In this document: positions 60,442 to 64,000 of the stretch, one piece after another
Position numbering within the stretch: position 1 is the first letter of the stretch
Layout: each line of letters starts with the position of its first letter
DNA from: Bilabrum cf. latius
Taxonomy: Eukaryota
NCBI GenBank assembly: GCA_965178125.1
Contig: OZ237735.1
Location: 62,001 to 126,000, forward strand
Direction: 5' to 3'
Length of the DNA: 64,000 bases
Notes under the pieces: model-generated
Told to the model about the DNA's origin: nothing
What the model saw: only the letters and a program-made list of their open reading frames with translations
The model's database searches: none
Position numbers and translations under genes: made by a program

Positions 60442-61788
60442 ATGATGGAGCACTCTCAGAAATCTTCTGCCACGCCAAGCCAGGGTAGCACAACCGAGCC
60501 TGCCGGCCAGCTGACTGGCTTTATTTGTCGCAGAGTACGAGGAGAAGGTTCGAGATTCGTTTTGTGTCGCGTCGGTCAGCGAGTTCTTGGCATCGGCAAC
60601 CACTGGCCGATGTTCATAGGGACGCATTGCATGGTTGCGCTTCCGTGCTGGTTTTACCTGATGTACACGTATGATACTCTCAAGGCATGGGAGTGGGTCG
60701 CGTTTGCTGCCGTTGTCAGCCTCGTGCTCGGGGCGCTGTGGAATACCGCGCTCTCTGATTCTGGCATTGTGCGGCCAAAAGATGCCGAACTATACGGCCT
60801 TGTGGACTTTGCTCCCGCGAAAACCATCTTGGAAATGTCACCTGAGGACTACAGCAAGCTTATTGATACGGCAGACTCAGCAGAGGCAGGCCAGGCGGGC
60901 GGTGGGGTGCAGGAGCACCACGACTTGCAGCAGCGCCGAGGAGCCGCCACGAAGCAGCAACCGCGAGAAATCGAGCTGGGCAGCGGCCCCCCGTCTGCAG
61001 GGGGGAGTTCAAATGGCGAATCGAACGAAAGCAAGGAACAGCCGTCCCTGAACCAGCAGCCCGGTGCTTCGGCAATGACACAGCCCAGCGACAGCAGCAG
61101 CAGCGGCAGCAGCAGCAGCAGCCTGCACGGCCCCGGGGCCAAGCCGAACCCCGCCGCCTGGCAGCAGCTGCTGCGCAAGTACACGCAGACCCGCCGATGC
61201 ATGCGCTGCCGTGCACAGTGGGAAGCCCCCGCCACCCTGTCCCCCCAGTCGAGGGCAGGGGGCGGGCCCGTGCCGCGCGTGCGGTGGAGCTTCCACGACC
61301 GCGTGGTCCATTGCGAATACTGCAAGACCTGCGTGCGCGGGTACGACCACCACTGCCCTTGGGTGAACAACTGCGTGGGCGCTGGGAATTTGTGGTCTTT
61401 TTATTTCTTCCTTGCCATGGTGGGGGTGGGTCTGCTGTACATCTTCGCGTCCATGATGGTGCACATCATCCGCAGGGACGGGGTCTGGGGCAAGCGCAGG
61501 AGGCGCAGCTACAGGGGCAGGAAGAAGGTCTCGCTCGGGAGCGGGCTGTCGGGGCGGGCTGGGGCTCGTGTGCTGGGGCACAAGGGGGAGGGAGAGGGAG
61601 AGGGAGAGGGAGAAGAAATGGAAGGGGTGGATTTCTCTGGCGATTAGGTTGGGATCGTGCAGGCCGCTGCAGGGTGGGCCTGGGGCGCGGCTGCCATGGT
61701 GTTCCAGGGGACCTGGAGAGTGTGGACAATGGCAGGGCTCGCCAGTAGTGGCACTGGTGCAGGCCCAGCAGCAGGGGTGGGAGGGTGA
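60442..61788 (+). CDS. DHHC palmitoyltransferase, ~448 aa if TAG 61645 is read as sense
   Basis: Two TM helices, [35 protein letters not shown], then a third TM. Reading through TAG adds a hydrophobic segment ending at TGA 61786. Confidence 0.85.
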
Positions 61789-62021
61789 GGCGTGGGGTGT
61801 TGTGATGATGCTGAAAGTGTCCATTTCATGAGACGTTGAGCTTGACATCGCCTGTCGGTTATACTGCCGGTGGCACCGTGACCCAGACGCTCAGGCTGTA
61901 GATCTAGCGTCGTGCCAGTGGGTGATGACTTCCGGTTCGGTCGTGATGGCCATTGTACGGCCACTAGCACGACAAGAGCAGTGCTTTGCATCGAGTCGAG
62001 TTATCCAGCTGCGCGAATCGG

Positions 62022-64000
62022 ATGGGGCAAACATCATCCTGTTCATGCGATGCTCAACTCAGCGACAGCATCCTAGATACGAGCCGGGCTTTGCTTGATC
62101 GCTCGACGACCGTTGCCGTAGCTGCACGCCTGTCTCCATACGTTCGAAAAGCAGGACTCTTTGATGTCGAAGCAGTAGTCAGAAGCATGGCAACGAATGG
62201 AGCCGCCGCAGATGCTGCTCAATGCATCGCTTCCATATTTCTTGGCAAACCAACTGGAGCATCCACAGCATCGGTCCGCCTTTATCATGTATTCAACGCA
62301 ATCGGGCAGCTACTCTCCCCTAGAGAAGGCGACAGAATGGAGGCCCTTCTTCAAATAGTATCACGAATCGGGCACAGCGATGACATTCCCGCCAATGATG
62401 TCTTGAGAGCCATCTGGGGATTCGCAATGTTGGGAAGGATGCTGCGACTCGATACTGCCTGTATCGACGGAGACATGAAGAGTCCGATGGCAGAGCCAAT
62501 TAATTCCCCGTTTATTTCGCCATCGATGGGTGTGTCAGGGTTGGCCAGCAATACCAGACACCGTCCACGACGAGGTTCGTCGGGTCCAGGCCAGTTTGCA
62601 TCTGTTGGAGGCAGGGTAGAAACGCAGTCGCTTCAGGAAGTCCCTGCGTCTGCAGAAACGTCAAAGCAGCCTTCAATATCTGTAGCGGGTGGCTTGTCAC
62701 CCCCTGCGAATAGCGCAGCTGGCGGTTCGCAGCCCTCACAGCTCGGTTTCTTGGCAGTCCGAGCCATGCAGACGAGCATTCGCGTCCTTCCGGGGCCACC
62801 ACTTCGCGGTCCTGACGAGCCTTTAAGTGCAGACAAGGGTTCTTTTTTCCAAGCCAGCGAATATCCAGCGAGCGAGTCTCGGGCTGGTGCTCCGGCTGCT
62901 AGCACGCATGCTGCCAGTGGTGCCAGCGGACCGGGTCTGCGGCTGGTAGGCGACTGGTGCGTTCCCAGATCGGAGCTGCGGCGGTGGGCAGAGAGCAGCC
63001 CGCTGGCACAGGGGCTATTCGGGGCCTCGGAGGGCCTCCGGAAGTGGCTGTCTGCCCTGCACGAGGACAGGATGCGGCGAGGAGGAGGAGTTGGTCGCGA
63101 GGGGGAGGGGGAGGGGGGGCCGCTGTCGAGGCTGTCAGCCGCCGCCGTGTCCACAGAGACGGATGGGTCGGATGCAGGGTCGCACGGGCAAGCCATTAGC
63201 TCCCAGCAGTCCCCGTCCACATCGGCCGGCTCTCCAGCTAGGGGGCTGCCGCGGGTCCAGTCGCACCATGCTGCCCACGCCCCACCTCCGAGCCCCGGCC
63301 TTGCGCCGCTCCCGCCAGCGAGCTCCGGATCCGTTGCTGCAGATGACACCAGCCGACTGCAGGCGAATGGGGCGGGGTCAATGCGTGCCCTCCCTCTAGG
63401 CGTCAGGGAGGGCCAGCGGTATACGGACCCACAGGGGCGGCTCGTGTCGCGGCTGCAGTGGTGCTCCTGGTGCTTCCGGTGCACCCAGCACGGCCTCATA
63501 TCGGCGTGGGGCGTGTCTCGCAAGCAGTACAAGTGCGAGTGTTGCCTGCGGATGACGGTGCAGTGTGCCACTGCCGGCTGCAAGCACATGGCCCGGTTGC
63601 TGGGCAGCATCAGTGGTGACGTGTGCTCGGAGTGCTCGAACTCGAACGGAGCTGGGTCTCTCCCAGCAGAGCACGACCCCCTCTACGCCATCACATCGTT
63701 TGACCCGAACAGCGGGGCAGAGGAGAGAAGGAACAGCCGGGCGGCATTCCCGACCACCCCCGCATCCCCTGTACCTGCAGGGTGGGGAGGACCAGCGGGA
63801 CATGCCAGTGACAATGCAGGCCGCAGATCTGGATCCATGCGCGTGCACGTGCACAGCGCCCGGATGCATCCCAAAGCCACGGACTAGGGCGCAGGGACAG
63901 CTGCAATGGCGCTGCAGAGCTGGCCCTTTTCGGGTGCGGCTGCCACGGCCCACCGAGGCACCCCTGGCGAGCCAAGGTCCTTGGGCTTGCCGCGGCTGTG
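62022..64000 (+). CDS. Predicted N-acylated protein with Cys-rich (Zn-binding-like) domain, partial at right edge
   Basis: Starts MGQTSSCSC. Contains WCSWC...CECC...C...C...CSEC. The frame stays open from TAG 63885 to the window end. Confidence 0.65.

Noticed and set aside
1-64000. tRNA/rRNA genes, transposases, integrated virophage or Polinton elements
   Set aside because: No cloverleaf, rRNA, integrase, transposase or capsid signatures were recognised. The polymerase is cellular Pol delta with introns.

Overview
Gene-dense, GC-rich nuclear DNA from a unicellular eukaryote, plausibly a stramenopile-type protist (taxonomy is inference). It carries about 27 protein-coding genes with short GT-AG introns. 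Recognisable products include POLD1, a class II photolyase, PTPA, MANF/ARMET, SERBP1/Stm1-like, SRP19, Rab8-like, GNS sulfatase, RPLP0, S1P lyase, an E2, an SDR, EB1, a CKK/CAMSAP-like protein, a ZDHHC and a ~4240-aa BEACH protein. The main result is a non-standard nuclear genetic code in which TAG is a sense codon, very probably glutamine, while TAA and TGA remain stops. By hand count about 75 in-frame TAGs interrupt otherwise intact genes, several at invariant Gln positions. I found no internal in-frame TAA or TGA, and the complete gene models end in TGA (about 20) or TAA (4). This uncoupling of UAG from UAA is rare, and it explains why the supplied ORF track is so fragmented. Gene models were built by hand without database searches, and the starts of hypothetical genes are uncertain.
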